Shown here: positions 51,854-64,000 of the stretch, one piece after another
Position numbering within the stretch: position 1 is the stretch's first letter
How the letters are laid out: every line of letters begins with the position of its first letter
NCBI GenBank assembly: GCA_964035545.1
Contig: OZ037767.1
Span: 7,386,381 to 7,450,380 of the forward strand
From: Bugula neritina
Taxonomy: Eukaryota; Animalia; Bryozoa
DNA length: 64,000 bases
Direction: 5' to 3'
Translations under genes and position numbers: made by a program
Notes under the pieces: model-generated
The model's database searches: none
Told to the model about the DNA's origin: nothing
The model's input: only the letters and a program-made list of their open reading frames with translations

Positions 51854-54800
51854 ATGTAAGATTGTTTTGTAAAAGCATTGTTTGGTGTTAATAATTATAA
51901 ACTATTTGTAGGTTTCTATGCCATCGCAAAAGCTACCACCAGTTGATCAACTGTATACTTTTGTTTATAATAGCATTTTTCTGCTATCAAATATCCATCA
52001 ACCGCCAGCATGGACTACTTTCAACTAAACCTCAAGTTGTTATTACTTCTGTTGCTAAGACCAGACCTGCCCAGCCCAGAGACCACATATTAGGTAAATA
52101 GACTTATCATGTCTGAATATGTTATCAGGAAATGCTAATGGTTCTTTTACCTACAAACATGGGGGCCAAAACCTACTCTCTCGATATTTTAATAAAGGTA
52201 AAAAAGCTAATTCATTGCTAAAGTTTAGTGACTCGTGTCAAGTGTTGGGGAACACGAGGCCCTTTTCTAGCAAAGACCAATTCACTAAACTCGCATTTTT
52301 AAATAAAATATGTGTAATGATGTTTTCATATCAATAATACAAGGAGGAGGAGGAGCAAAGTTAGACATTCAAAATATTGCATCTCTTTGCACTAGAAATG
52401 GGGACAAGAGTAAATTTTGCTATTTTTTGCAGTATCTTTATCGCGAGTTGTTATATTGCCAAATACATTCAACTCTTGACTTTGTAAAAGTTAAAACACT
52501 TTTTTTATTATGTTCTCTGTCTCTAAAGATGCTATTTTAAATCAAGTTTATCTAACCTCTTTAAAATTTGCTGCTTTTGTTATATAATATGACATTTCTT
52601 ACTGCTTCACTGTTTGATAATTTCATGCTTCGAAAGAATGTATGGGGACAGGGTTAATGCAAATCTATCCCATTCCAAGCATGGGAACATAGAGATAGTA
52701 AAACTAGAAGGTAACCTACTTAGTTCAACATCTTTTTTATCACATAGAATTCAGCTGTTCAGCTCGTAATTATGCTTTTGACTCATTTTAGGCAGCCAAC
52801 TGAAGAGCATTCTTCCTGTGACTACAGAAAGTACTTCTAGTTCATTTGACACATTCTCATTACCCAGACGGATGAGTTGCCAGAAACCTGCATCAACATC
52901 TATAATAATTGCCGAGAAGACCATTCCCCTAATGACAGTAGCAAAGTGCATCAAGTTTTGCGGGTCTAAGACTGCTTTGTACGCTGCACTGTTCAATGGT
53001 AGCTCGTGCTACTGCACGCATGTACACGGCTCCAAGAATCTAGATAAAGATTCTAATTGCAATGTTGCATGCAGCGGGGATCTCTCTCTGAGATGTGGGG
53101 GCTCTGATAGGTGGATGTTTTATAAAATTGGTGCGTTCAAGTTATTCAGCTCAGATTGCTAAATGTTTTACCAGACTCTATTTCAACAGTTGAACCTAGT
53201 GAAGTTTTTATTTAGCTTAAAACCCTGTAATGACACTTTTTGATTTCAGAAAGTACATACCACATTTTAACTCATATAAACTAATAATGACAGGCATAGT
53301 TCTAGGCTGGCTATTATGAGTATATTCTGCGTAGAAGGTGTTTTGCTAAGGTTGTATAAATAACCTAAAATCAGTTTGAGGGATAAATTTGTTAAAGTTC
53401 TGAGTTGTCTATGAGAACACACATGTCATGTACATGTCTGATATCTATGATTATTCTATGATTATTTTATGATTCATGGTATAGCCGACTCATTCTGTAA
53501 CTGACTCACTGTGTAGATGACTCATTGTACAACTGACTCATTGTGTAGATGACTCATTGTATAGCCAACTCATTCTGTAACTGACTCATTGTGTAGATGA
53601 CTCATTGTACAGCTGACTCATTGTGTAAATGACTCATTGTACAGCTGACTCATTGTGTAGATGACTCATTTTATAGCTGACTCATTTTATAGCTGACTCA
53701 TTGTGTAGCTGACTCATTTTATAGCTGACTCATTGTATAGCTGACTTATTGTATAGTTGTCTCATTGTACAGCTGAAGCTGATGGTGAGAGAGGTTGGAC
53801 TACATGGATGTCTTATGGTAGGACTGAGAAAGATATGAATGTATACAGGACGAGATACAGGGGTTGCCCTGGAGATAAGCGTAGCCGTAGGAGTTGTCTT
53901 GTTCATTTACATAAGTCTGGATCAGCCGTGAAGACCAATGGTAATTCACTTGCCATCTGCTACTCAGTAGTTACTTTAATTTACTAGTTGGTTCGGGTGT
54001 TTTTATGTGATACTTTTTAAACTAAAACAGGGAAGGAGCACACTACATACGTCTCGCCATTCACAAGTATGAATTGTCAGGTTCACTCTAAACCCAAAAC
54101 CTTAAGATATTGAAAAGCTTTTCTTCTTTACTACAAGGCGTGATGTTATTAATCCAACCAGTTCCCAACCACAATAGTCCCATTACCTTACTGTCTATTG
54201 AAAAGATCCATTTTTTGTAGGTGGTGGCATTTTTAGAGGTTTTTTATTTAACACATTTTCTGTAAAATATTGAAGATATTTTGTTGATGTACTTTAATTT
54301 TCCCAAATTTATTTGCAGGTAATCGAGTTATCAAAGACCATTTTATTGGCTGCTTTACAAACCAAGCTTGGGACTTGCCTGATAATCGGCTAATCTTGGC
54401 TAAATACTCCGTGAATACATTTGAGGACTGCATAATTTCCTGCCAGACTATCGGATCTCTCTATTCAGTTCTCAATGTAATACTTTTTACACTCAAATTG
54501 TACTATTTAGACTAATCATGACCAGTTCTCTCAACCAATCATTATCATTTGACAGGCCAGATTTAAACTTCCAAAAAGCTGAGCTTATATTTCTTTCACA
54601 TAGAAATAGCCAATAAAGCAAAAGTTTGCTATATTACCACAATGTAGAAAGTAGCAAACTAATGGCTGTCTTATGGTGGTGCTCATAATACTTCTCATCT
54701 CAGTCGCAGGCTTTTTTTTCCCGAATTCTATTCTCTTGATTTTTAGGTTAAAAACTGCATCTGCTCAAACTCTTTGGGTTGGAGTCGTCCCATTGACACG

Positions 54801-57800
54801 TGTGTCTATGGGTTCGGTGCACTAGTATTCTCTACCTCGGTGCTGAGTTCTGATGGAGTCATTTTGAAGGTATGTAATAGGATCTTTCAAAGGCTTTCTC
54901 TATTGTGTACCAGGATGGATATCATGGGCAACCTATGACTGTATGGCAGGCCTATAATATATGAAATCAGTGCTTTGCAGTAAAACGAAAATCTCACGTG
55001 GTTGTGCTACATTCAAATACTATGTGGAAATTCTAGTTTTTTTTTGGGGGGGGGGAGGTGGGTTCAAATTCTTGCATATAGCTTCTAATATAGAACGCAG
55101 GCTTTTCTCAATTTTTCCTTTACTCCACCTACCTCTATCTACCTACATGCCATTAAGGTAAAATATCTCAACAGGAAAAGCAGTTATCTCGATAAAAAAA
55201 AGCACTTGAAGTCATTACAGATTTCTGCATTTTTTTTTCAATAACTTTAAAAGCACATTTTTGCTAAATTGGCAAATTTTATGCAATGAAAATGCTATTT
55301 TTTATCCTTGTCATCACCCAGCTTCAGTGTGGGAGACTCTAACATGTCCACTGTTTGTGTATAAACAGGCTGTTTGCAGTATGATCTATTGATGAGGGCA
55401 CCACATTGTAATGTTGATTTGTCTTTCATCCACAATTAGCTACTACAAAAAGCCAGCTCTCTTGCTACTATTATTAACCTAAAAGCATTCAGCTTGATAT
55501 ATTCATTGAATTTATTGTCATGTCCTTTAACCCTTTGAATGCATGTTGTAGCTGCCTTTGTTTTTTTAATTAAAAAAAACAAAGTCTGCTGCAAAATTAT
55601 GCCAAGGTTTCTCTTACAATTGATGTGGTTTCTAAATCAACATCTGCTTTATAAGTTGCTGTAGCTATACCAGCATGCTTTGCTATAATTAGATCGATAG
55701 TTTAACCCAGTGATAGATCTTAGCGTATGATGACTATCTGCATTCATGAAGATAGCTATTGTGACTTTGCCTTCAACTATGAAAGTAGGTTTAAATAGCA
55801 TGCACATTCTTATGTCACAACTTACATAACTTTATATAATATAATAACTGCTCAAATAGACTAACTTTTAATTTGGTGCTGTAATTGCTCTTGAATGCAG
55901 TAACACAAACATTTCCATAGCCAAAAATCTTCTGTTGTCTTTATAAATTTTGGTATTGGGGTGCGGATTGCAAATCTCATGTCACTTTACTCTCACTTGA
56001 ATAATTTTGTGAAATGTTTAACATTAATTAATGTGAAAACTACATACCACATGAAAGTAGATGAGGTTTATATATCAGTACATAGTATATTAGCATAGTT
56101 CCTGGTATTTTTTTGCATTTACTCTTTGTTTTTTTGTAGCAGTTGACAAGGTATATGAGTTGTTTATATGTATATGTAAGATATAACTAGGTTATGAAAA
56201 GAAACAGTGGATGTTATGTCCTTAGTCTCTGTAGTGTAGAACTTTAATTTGAACTTACACCAGACTTATTCGTATAATAATTGATACTGTAGCTGTGGTT
56301 AGGCTGAAGATAAAAATGCTGGTTCTACTTGTCAACTAGTTGGCTAAAATCTACTACACACAATCAAACTTTAGAATGGTCCCCATGGAAAATCAATACT
56401 TTTAAAACTTGAATGTGTATGGTAGTTCCTAGTTTGTAATCTTTCTCGAATGTTTAATAAATATCTCCCTGCACAGTGACTAGGTAGCATAATATATAAC
56501 TCACAACTCTCTATTCAATTACCATAGGATACAAGTATTATATGATAGGAATTATAAGAACATAAACTAGTTCAACTAGTAGCCAATGTCTATTTCATGC
56601 TCTTTTGTAAACCAATAATCATTCTACTATCAATTCTATGCTAACACCTGTATCTGCTATTCACCCATTGTCATTCATATGTTAAGTTGTTAAGTTGTTG
56701 AAGGTGTAGATATTGTAGTTTTGTATATATTTTGTGTTTAAACAGGCTGTGCAATCTCATATGACAGAAATGCATACTGTTATCATTTTATTTCGAGATG
56801 GAATTTACTTAGCATTTTGTGTAGTTTATGACCGTTTTTCGTAAAAGTTATATTATTATGTATTTTATCCAAACCTTTATTTTTTAGTTTTGTTTTAATG
56901 TTGAATGTGTGTTTTGCAGTTTGAAGAGCGGCTGACACAGCGCCAAGTTGCTGTCGTAGCTCACTACAGAGGTGGCAGCACCTTTGCCTCCCTCATGTTC
57001 AGCAGCTACCCTAATTCCTTGTATGTGTTTGAACCAGCCAGTGTGTTTGGTACTACGTGGGTTGGAGTCAACAACTCTTTAGCTCGGGAGACAGAAAGGT
57101 CGAGAATATTCCTTCAGCGGGTGTGTATACAGCGCATATATTCTAAAACTTCTCTTTACTAGGGACAAACAAATCAACAAACTGTCATTCAAATTTCTGC
57201 TCATGATTTACTGATAATTTACAACTGGAAGTTAATAAAGGACCTACTTTCTATCACAAAGCACAATATAAACATATTTAGTTATTAAACATCTTAGCTA
57301 TTAGTATTTAAAACTTTCCTGCTGGTCCTAAGACATAAATTTCTCAATTTTTTAAAAAGTTGAATGGAGTTGATTTTCTACTTTGAGTCTTTTGCTGATA
57401 TTTATAATTTTTTTGTACTTTTTTCTAGATATATCCGCTCTGGTTCAAATGTCATACCCAAGACCTGCCTGGAGTATGGCTGACCAGGTATCCAGGCTGG
57501 GGAACTCAAAACAGTGGCTTCTCAGTGTTTAACAGCTGTAAAAAGGCTGTTGGGTCCTTGACAGGTCAGTTTATATATAAACCTCGCCCAATTCTGCTAA
57601 TCAGGAATTATTGATGGACAATCAATAAAATTGTGGACTACATAGTACCAGGTTTAACAATGTGAAGCAGTAGCACTATCTTTGTTATGTAAATATAACC
57701 ACAATGTTTTATATTTTCTTGTCATACTATGCATGTGTTCAACAGCTGTAACAGGGTTCAAAAGTCGTTTGTATGGTAACTCTGGTTAGTTGTTTACATT

Positions 57801-59940
57801 TAGGAGCTTACAAATGCAGTGCATTTATTGAAGAAAAGTGTCTAATATCTCCAGTGGTGGCTGCTAAAACCACAAGAATGGTTCACTCACAGAATGTCAA
57901 GAGATTTGCACAGATTGAGACTGACATTCATATTTTACATGCCGTATGTTGACTTGTTTCTATACTGAAATTGAATGCTGCTTTATGAAATATAATATGA
58001 TATAACATGCATAATGGGAGATGTATTACATATGAATTTGCTTTATATGACTGATAATACAAGTAAAGTCAAGGTTTTGATCAACAGTTTTGAGTGGAGT
58101 TATGTAAGAAGTGACATTTTATGATGGAAACTATTTAGATTGACAGAAAAGCTGTTGATAAGTAAATCATCGAATTTCCATGGATTTGCCATGCTGTTTG
58201 CACTAACTTATGGCTGTAGTTTCATTTGGTTGACCCATCTCATGCGTCTAATGAAAAACCCATTAGAAATATACATCAGTTTGCATGAATACTGCTGGTT
58301 CAATTTTTATCATGGAGCTGCCTTTTAAATTAAAGTGTGCCTGTTTATTTATATTGTTGCTAATATGCATGCTGCTGTTTACTGAAATGTTATTCAGTTC
58401 AGAGACCCTAGAGGTCAGCTATCATCTAGAGCCAAGCTGGAAGCTGTCTATAGGAAGAACCAGCTCTCTCACCTAATCACTTCCTGTTGGGAGTTGAATG
58501 AATTATCTACAGTCTTTAATGATGACTTAAAAGATGCACTGAATACTCACGTTGTTCACTATGAGGACTTGGCTAGGGATGTTATTTCATCTGCTAAGCA
58601 AATATACAGGTAGTTATGACAAACTGTATTTTGTTATTATTCTAACTTTATGATATAATATTAATGATAAGAACTAAAGGAGCTTTTGTTCTTGTTATTG
58701 CTCATTATGGTTGGCAATTTACATTTATATTGAGTAATGTTTTATATATAGGGATGTAGGACAGTGTGTTTGAGTATATATTTTTCCAATGTCTCTGTTA
58801 ATCAATTTACAATTTGGAGTTGTGGCCCCTTAGCACAGACATCAAGTTCATCAACACCCAGCCCATACACATCTTAGACTTTAGAGGTTGAATGCTACGC
58901 AAAGTCCAAACTATGCTATAGAACTGTTTTTCTAGGAGACATGTATATATTTTGTAGTAGCACATATCTTGGCATTTAAAAAAAATGTAAAACATGTTCT
59001 TCACAGTAACTTTTGGAAAAAATACTCCAGCATTTTTGTGGTTACTAGGCTACTGGCAGACTTGTATTATTTAGTAATAATATTCAGTATAATTCAGCTG
59101 TTGGCCAATATATTATTCAAAGGGTTAGGCAGCTATAAACACAAATGGTGACAGCCACCACATCAACTGATTAATTGGAATAATATCCTACTCAATTAAC
59201 ACATCACCACAAAAATGTTTTCAAAATTATTTTTTCAAAAAATTGCTATGAAAAGAGAGTTTTGCATTGTCTTAAAATACCATGTACGCTACTACCAAAC
59301 TATCCACCCAACATAACAGTTCCATAGCATAGTTTTGGGTTTATCTCTCAGTTACACAAACGTCTAAGATTGTTATGGGGGGCAAAACTCCAATTTATAA
59401 ATTGAGTATCAGGGACATTAGAAAATGCCCTGTCATTGTTACAACTGTACCTGGATGACATCAGAAAGATGAGATATGTTAAAGCATTAATATGAAAGAG
59501 TAAGATCATAACTGTTAATTGCCATTTTGTTCTTTTTCTCATAATGATATTTAAACATACACGTTTCTTGTTAAATTTGATTAAAACAAGTTGGTAGTTG
59601 CAGACTGTTTGCTTATGTTAATTTTTTGCTTACATCAGAGGTTTACACATGCACCAAATCATCCCAGGGTACTTTTTGTTTTGCTAGAGAAATGAATTTT
59701 ACTCTTCCCGGTGAAGTAATAAGAACTCTGCAGGAGTCCACAGGCAAAGGAAAGGTAAAAAAAGCAGAGAAAAAATATGCCTTTGGCACTATAAAAAATG
59801 ACCCAACATCTCTTATAGATAGTTGGAAAAAGAAGCTCAACCACTCCATGGTTAATATAGCTGATAATAGCACTGAATGTAGAAAACTCTTTGCAAAATA
59901 TCCAGATAAATTCAAACCATTAAGGGACATGAGTAGTTAG
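51854..59940 (+). CDS. Type II membrane protein: TM anchor, WSC, WxxW/RxRxR segment, WSC, CHST-like (Gal/GlcNAc 6-O type) sulfotransferase; ~637 aa
   Basis: Exons 51854-51855 (AT of split ATG, tentative), 51912-52093 (TM CILLFIIAFFCY), 52792-53130 (WSC: MTVAKCIKFC..YAAL..CYC..CNVACSGD...CGG), 53773-53940, 54319-54476 plus 54747-54869 (second WSC: FIGCF..EDCIISC..NCICSN), 56920-57120 (AHYRGGSTF..YVFEP), 57429-57564, 57804-57943, 58398-58609 (RDPRGQLSSR, HYEDL), 59688-59940. All phases join. Confidence 0.85.
53482..53772. repeat. 16-bp tandem repeat (CTGACTCATTGTGTAG) ending at the true acceptor, ~18 copies
   Basis: Direct reading; last unit TTGTCTCATTGTACAG| is the acceptor of exon 53773-53940. 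Confidence 0.9.
55085..55145 (-). repeat. Dispersed repeat family copy 4 (partial)
   Basis: AACGCAGGCTTTTCTCAATTTTTCC..CACCTACCTC is the reverse complement of the family core. Confidence 0.55.
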
Positions 59941-61228
59941 AAGATTCTCATTATGTTTACATATTATATGCTATACTCTTTTTGTACTCTATTGAGCATT
60001 TATATACAGTTAGTGTATGCTTGTTTGTAATCAAAGCAATCGCCTCTGACAAAATTTGATGTTTTAGTTAGTTACTAAATCTCTATTCTCATATTCAATA
60101 TACAAACCACTTGCTGCTATAGTCCACTTTATTCTGCTTCATACACAGTTATATAATTTGTAGTTCTTTATTTTTTACATGTTAAAGTATTGTTTTTTCT
60201 ACTAATTGTTACAATACAAAGGAAGAAGTTACACCCTTTTGCCATATCAATTAGTATAGCTCTATATATTATGCATAATTATAATCCTATAGATTAGTTT
60301 ACTTTGAGGTAGATTGCAGTCATTTCGGCCAGCAGGACAAGCAAGTCTCAATCAGCAACAGGTTTTCTAATAAATTCTGTTGTAAAAAGTAAGCTTTCGA
60401 AGGTTGAGGTGGCCGACGCTGTGTTTCCAAGCATTATTGGGATGGATTTTTTCATTTGATGTTTGGAAACAGTTGCGTCTAAATTCTAAGTTGATGCTAG
60501 CAGCAACCACGATTCCATCCACCCATCCATTCGCATAATGCAAAGCAATGGAAGGTATGGCCAGGAAATGAGTGTTGTATTACAAGTATGTTTATGATGC
60601 AAGCATTTAGAGATGAAGCTATGACAATCTTTCAGTTGAATAACAAATTTCATAGTGAACTGAAGGCATGCGTTCTCTTTCTGCCACGCAACTGTGTGCT
60701 TGTACTCAACAGTTATATTTGTGAGACCATTGATCATATGACAAACTATTCTAGATAATTTTATAGTTATTTTGCTCCAGCTGGAAACTGTTCATTTGCA
60801 TTTCTTACTGATAATTCAGGAGCCAGTCATCAAAAAACTAGTTACAGACAACAAACATTAACATTTTTCCATAAAAAATGTCAGACTTCAAACAATTTGC
60901 ATAGTAAATAAATTGTGGGTAGTTGAAAATAATTTTTAAAAGTTATATTTATGTAAATAAAGAGATTCACAGTGCATAAGCAAAACCTAGAACTGCAATA
61001 TTAGCCACCCATAACCTATATATCATAAAAGCATGCATGCAATGAATAATATAAAAATTACAAAAAACGGGGGATAATAAATCCAACACCAAAAGACTGT
61101 AGATGAAATGGACACAATATAGCTGCCATAGTGACCTAATGATATGTTTGTTCAGTTTTATTTCATGCAAATAGCTGCCAAGAAAATTGCAATAAAACAT
61201 GTAAACTACAGGAACAAGGAATGCTTAT

Positions 61229-64000
61229 CTATAATTGATGGGTAGGCAGGACTTTCCCAGTTACTTCACCAAAACCAATTCTGATTCCATCTTTCTCACA
61301 TGAACCTGTTAAGATAGTAAATAACATTTAATTAGTATCTTACCATCAAATAGATCTAATACATTTTAACTTGTACAAGTATTGAACTTCAAGCTTCAAC
61401 ATTAGAATAAGCGAATTTAAAATGATTCCAAGGAAATCAGCAGGAAAAGTTATTCAATAAACTTGTAATACCAAGACTTATAGTTGACCAAACAACTCCT
61501 ATTGCATTTTATTCCTAGCAAATTATTTGAAATCGCCTTCATTTTCAGAAACACAAAAATCCTAAAACTAAAATACTTGTAATATACATGCAATCATGTT
61601 TACATAACTTACAGATTATTGATGAGAAATTTCAGTACGGAATTTGATGCGGCACCTCAAAAATTGTCATTTTAAATTATATTTTTGCTGCAGCTCTATA
61701 CAATATCAAGAAAGTCACTTAACATGTTCTAAAATCTAAATTATTAGTTCCGCATTTTAATTACGAGATATTCCATCTCAATCTGATCCATACAAATATA
61801 TCAACTCAACTCTCAAATAAAATTATTTCCAATACTTCTCAACTCCCTCACCTGACATGACCACAAGATCGCCATCTTTAAGGAACTTCCTCGTCTCATC
61901 TCCTCCCAGAGGTACAGTCTTGGTTCCCTTCCAGCAGAGCTCTAACATGGAGCCAAAGGAATCCTCAGTAGGCCCACTTATAGTGCCAGATGCGAGCAAA
62001 TCTCCTGGTCTCATGTTACATCCGGTTATAGAATGATGCACCAGCTGCTGCTTCATACTCCAATACAGGTACTGTGTGAATACATTTTATTTATGTCCAC
62101 AGTGAAACATCTAGATTCTAGGTAAACATTTCAGCTTAAGACAAAAACACTTATTTTTTCAATGAACTAAAAACTTGTGTGATGATTAAATTTCTCCAGC
62201 TGAGTTCATTTTAGAAAGTTATTGAAAGCAACTTATTATATTCTATAAGCAGTGACAATCAATCACCTTACCTTCAAATTGGTTTTACAAACAACTGCTG
62301 GTTGATCCATTCCTTCCCCTGTAAAGCACACAAGTAGTGAAATTAATACAAAGAGAGAATTGCAATGATTTATTTACAAATTAACAGTGCAATGCCTTAA
62401 ACTTTTAGCAAAACATAGCTTTGACTTGACAACTAGGAAGTGGTGTCAGGTTCGGGAGCAGTGTGTGTTCACAATAATTATGGCAGATCTGTCCCTCTTT
62501 GATTTCTTCTACAGTAGCAATCTACAGAGACTAATTTATTCTACAGTAGCAACCTACAGAGACTAATTTATTCTACAGTAGCAACCTACAGAGACTAATT
62601 TATTCTACAGTAGCAACCTACAGAGACTGATTTATTCTACAGTAGCAACCTACAGAGACTAATGAACATTTACTGAACCTTAGAACTGGTGGATGATAAA
62701 AAGGAAGCAATTCTGCAAAAAAAATTAATCATGCAGGCTGGTTCTGTATGAATATCCCAAAGTATATCAACATATATAGAAACAGAAGTTGCCGCATCCT
62801 ACATAGACAACTTATGAACCAAACAACCATCTAATTTGGTAGAAAATCAACTGAGTTAGCAGTTATTTGAGGTTACATCAATCCACAGATTGCAACACTG
62901 ATGAGTAGAGATAGACAGCGCGCTGAGGTTATAGTAACATACCTTGAATAGCTGCAGTTAGATGGATGTCAAAGCTGTAAGGGTCTGCATGGCAAAGATA
63001 TGGCAGAGGCTTGGGATTCTGCTCTGGTGATTTAACTTGGAAAGGAGCCAACGCCTCCATGGTGACCACCCAGGGAGAGATAGATGTGCCCATGTTCTTA
63101 CCGAGGAAGGGGCCGAGTGGCACGTACTCCCACTTCTGTATGTCACGGGCTGAGAAACACCAACATTTATAAGCATTATTATATATTATTACATGGGTAA
63201 TTTAAAATTATAATATAGCTAAACACAAATATAACGCATAAAACACAATATAAATGTCTATAAATATGATATCCACATGATAAGATGATATAGCCACCTT
63301 TAGAGAAGAGATAATAGACATGGCCACTGGTGGGTCAAAAGAAAGAGACCGAATTTATTACCCAAATCCAGTGAGATGCATCATATTTGTAGCTAAGCAA
63401 TAATATAACTAGTATCTACGTATAGTTGGTCCGCTGAGGTTATCCATCATTACTAAGTTTCTAGAAATTGGCTGTGCAAGATTCTCAAAGAAAACTATTT
63501 CAAGGAAAGCCAAATGCCAAATTGAATTAAAACTCACCACTCCAGTCGTTCATGAGGACCATACCAAATATGTGATCTTCGGCGTCCTCCATCTTGATGG
63601 GTGACCCAAGGTCATTGGTTTGGCCACCTTCAATAAACATGTGACAACTTGGCTAATAACCATGTGACAGCTAGACCAAAAAACATGTGACAGCTAGACC
63701 AATAATCATGTGACAACTTGACCAATAACCATGTGACAGCTAGACCAATAACCATGTGACAGACCAAAAAAGCTTTAGTGATCCTTATCTACTTTGAATC
63801 TCAAAAAGACCAACTGTTCTTTCACTTAAACTATGCATATAACCAAGTCACCAACTTTAATCTTGAAGTGAAATAAATATAGTTAACAAGCGCTATTATT
63901 CAGCACTAGCCTTCTTTAACTGACAGCAAAAGGGAACTTACCGACAAAGAATGCCATCTCTAGCTCAAAATCCATAAGCTTACAGGGACCAAATACTGGG
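61229..64000 (-). CDS. FAH: Fumarylacetoacetase, 3' part (gene runs past the window end)
   Basis: Exons 63942-64000 ([19 protein letters not shown]), 63538-63627 ([12 protein letters not shown]), 62943-63149 ([18 protein letters not shown]), 62272-62318, 61852-62071 ([19 protein letters not shown]), 61229-61305 ([13 protein letters not shown]). Confidence 0.96.
62509..62662. repeat. 32-bp tandem repeat, ~5 copies
   Basis: CTACAGTAGCAACCTACAGAGACTAATTTATT. Confidence 0.93.
63632..63768. repeat. ~23-bp tandem repeat next to an FAH acceptor, ~6 copies
   Basis: AATAACCATGTGACAGCTAGACC variants. Confidence 0.85.

Overview
AT-rich, intron-rich animal genomic DNA (invertebrate, possibly lophotrochozoan; taxon is an inference), not prokaryotic, so most ORF-track entries are exon fragments or noise. 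I spliced six genes by hand with phase-consistent GT-AG junctions: PIGH (+, 925-2306), a two-HMG-box protein gene (-, 2743-10420), an intronless class A GPCR (-, 12571-13575), a 26-exon PLC-beta4/norpA-type phospholipase C (-, 17506-42531), a WSC-WSC-carbohydrate sulfotransferase (+, ~51854-59940) and the 3' part of FAH (-, 61229->64000). The most interesting system is in the PLC catalytic Y box: two paralogous 85-nt exons, each with a U2-type acceptor and a U12-type GTATCCT donor, upstream of a single U12-type branch point. This fits mutually exclusive splicing enforced by major/minor spliceosome incompatibility. Also seen: a minimal Penelope-type hammerhead ribozyme motif (46619-46658), intronic tandem repeats that multiply real splice sites, nested non-autonomous DNA transposons, a candidate 15-nt microexon and a structured-RNA candidate at 60.3-60.5 kb.
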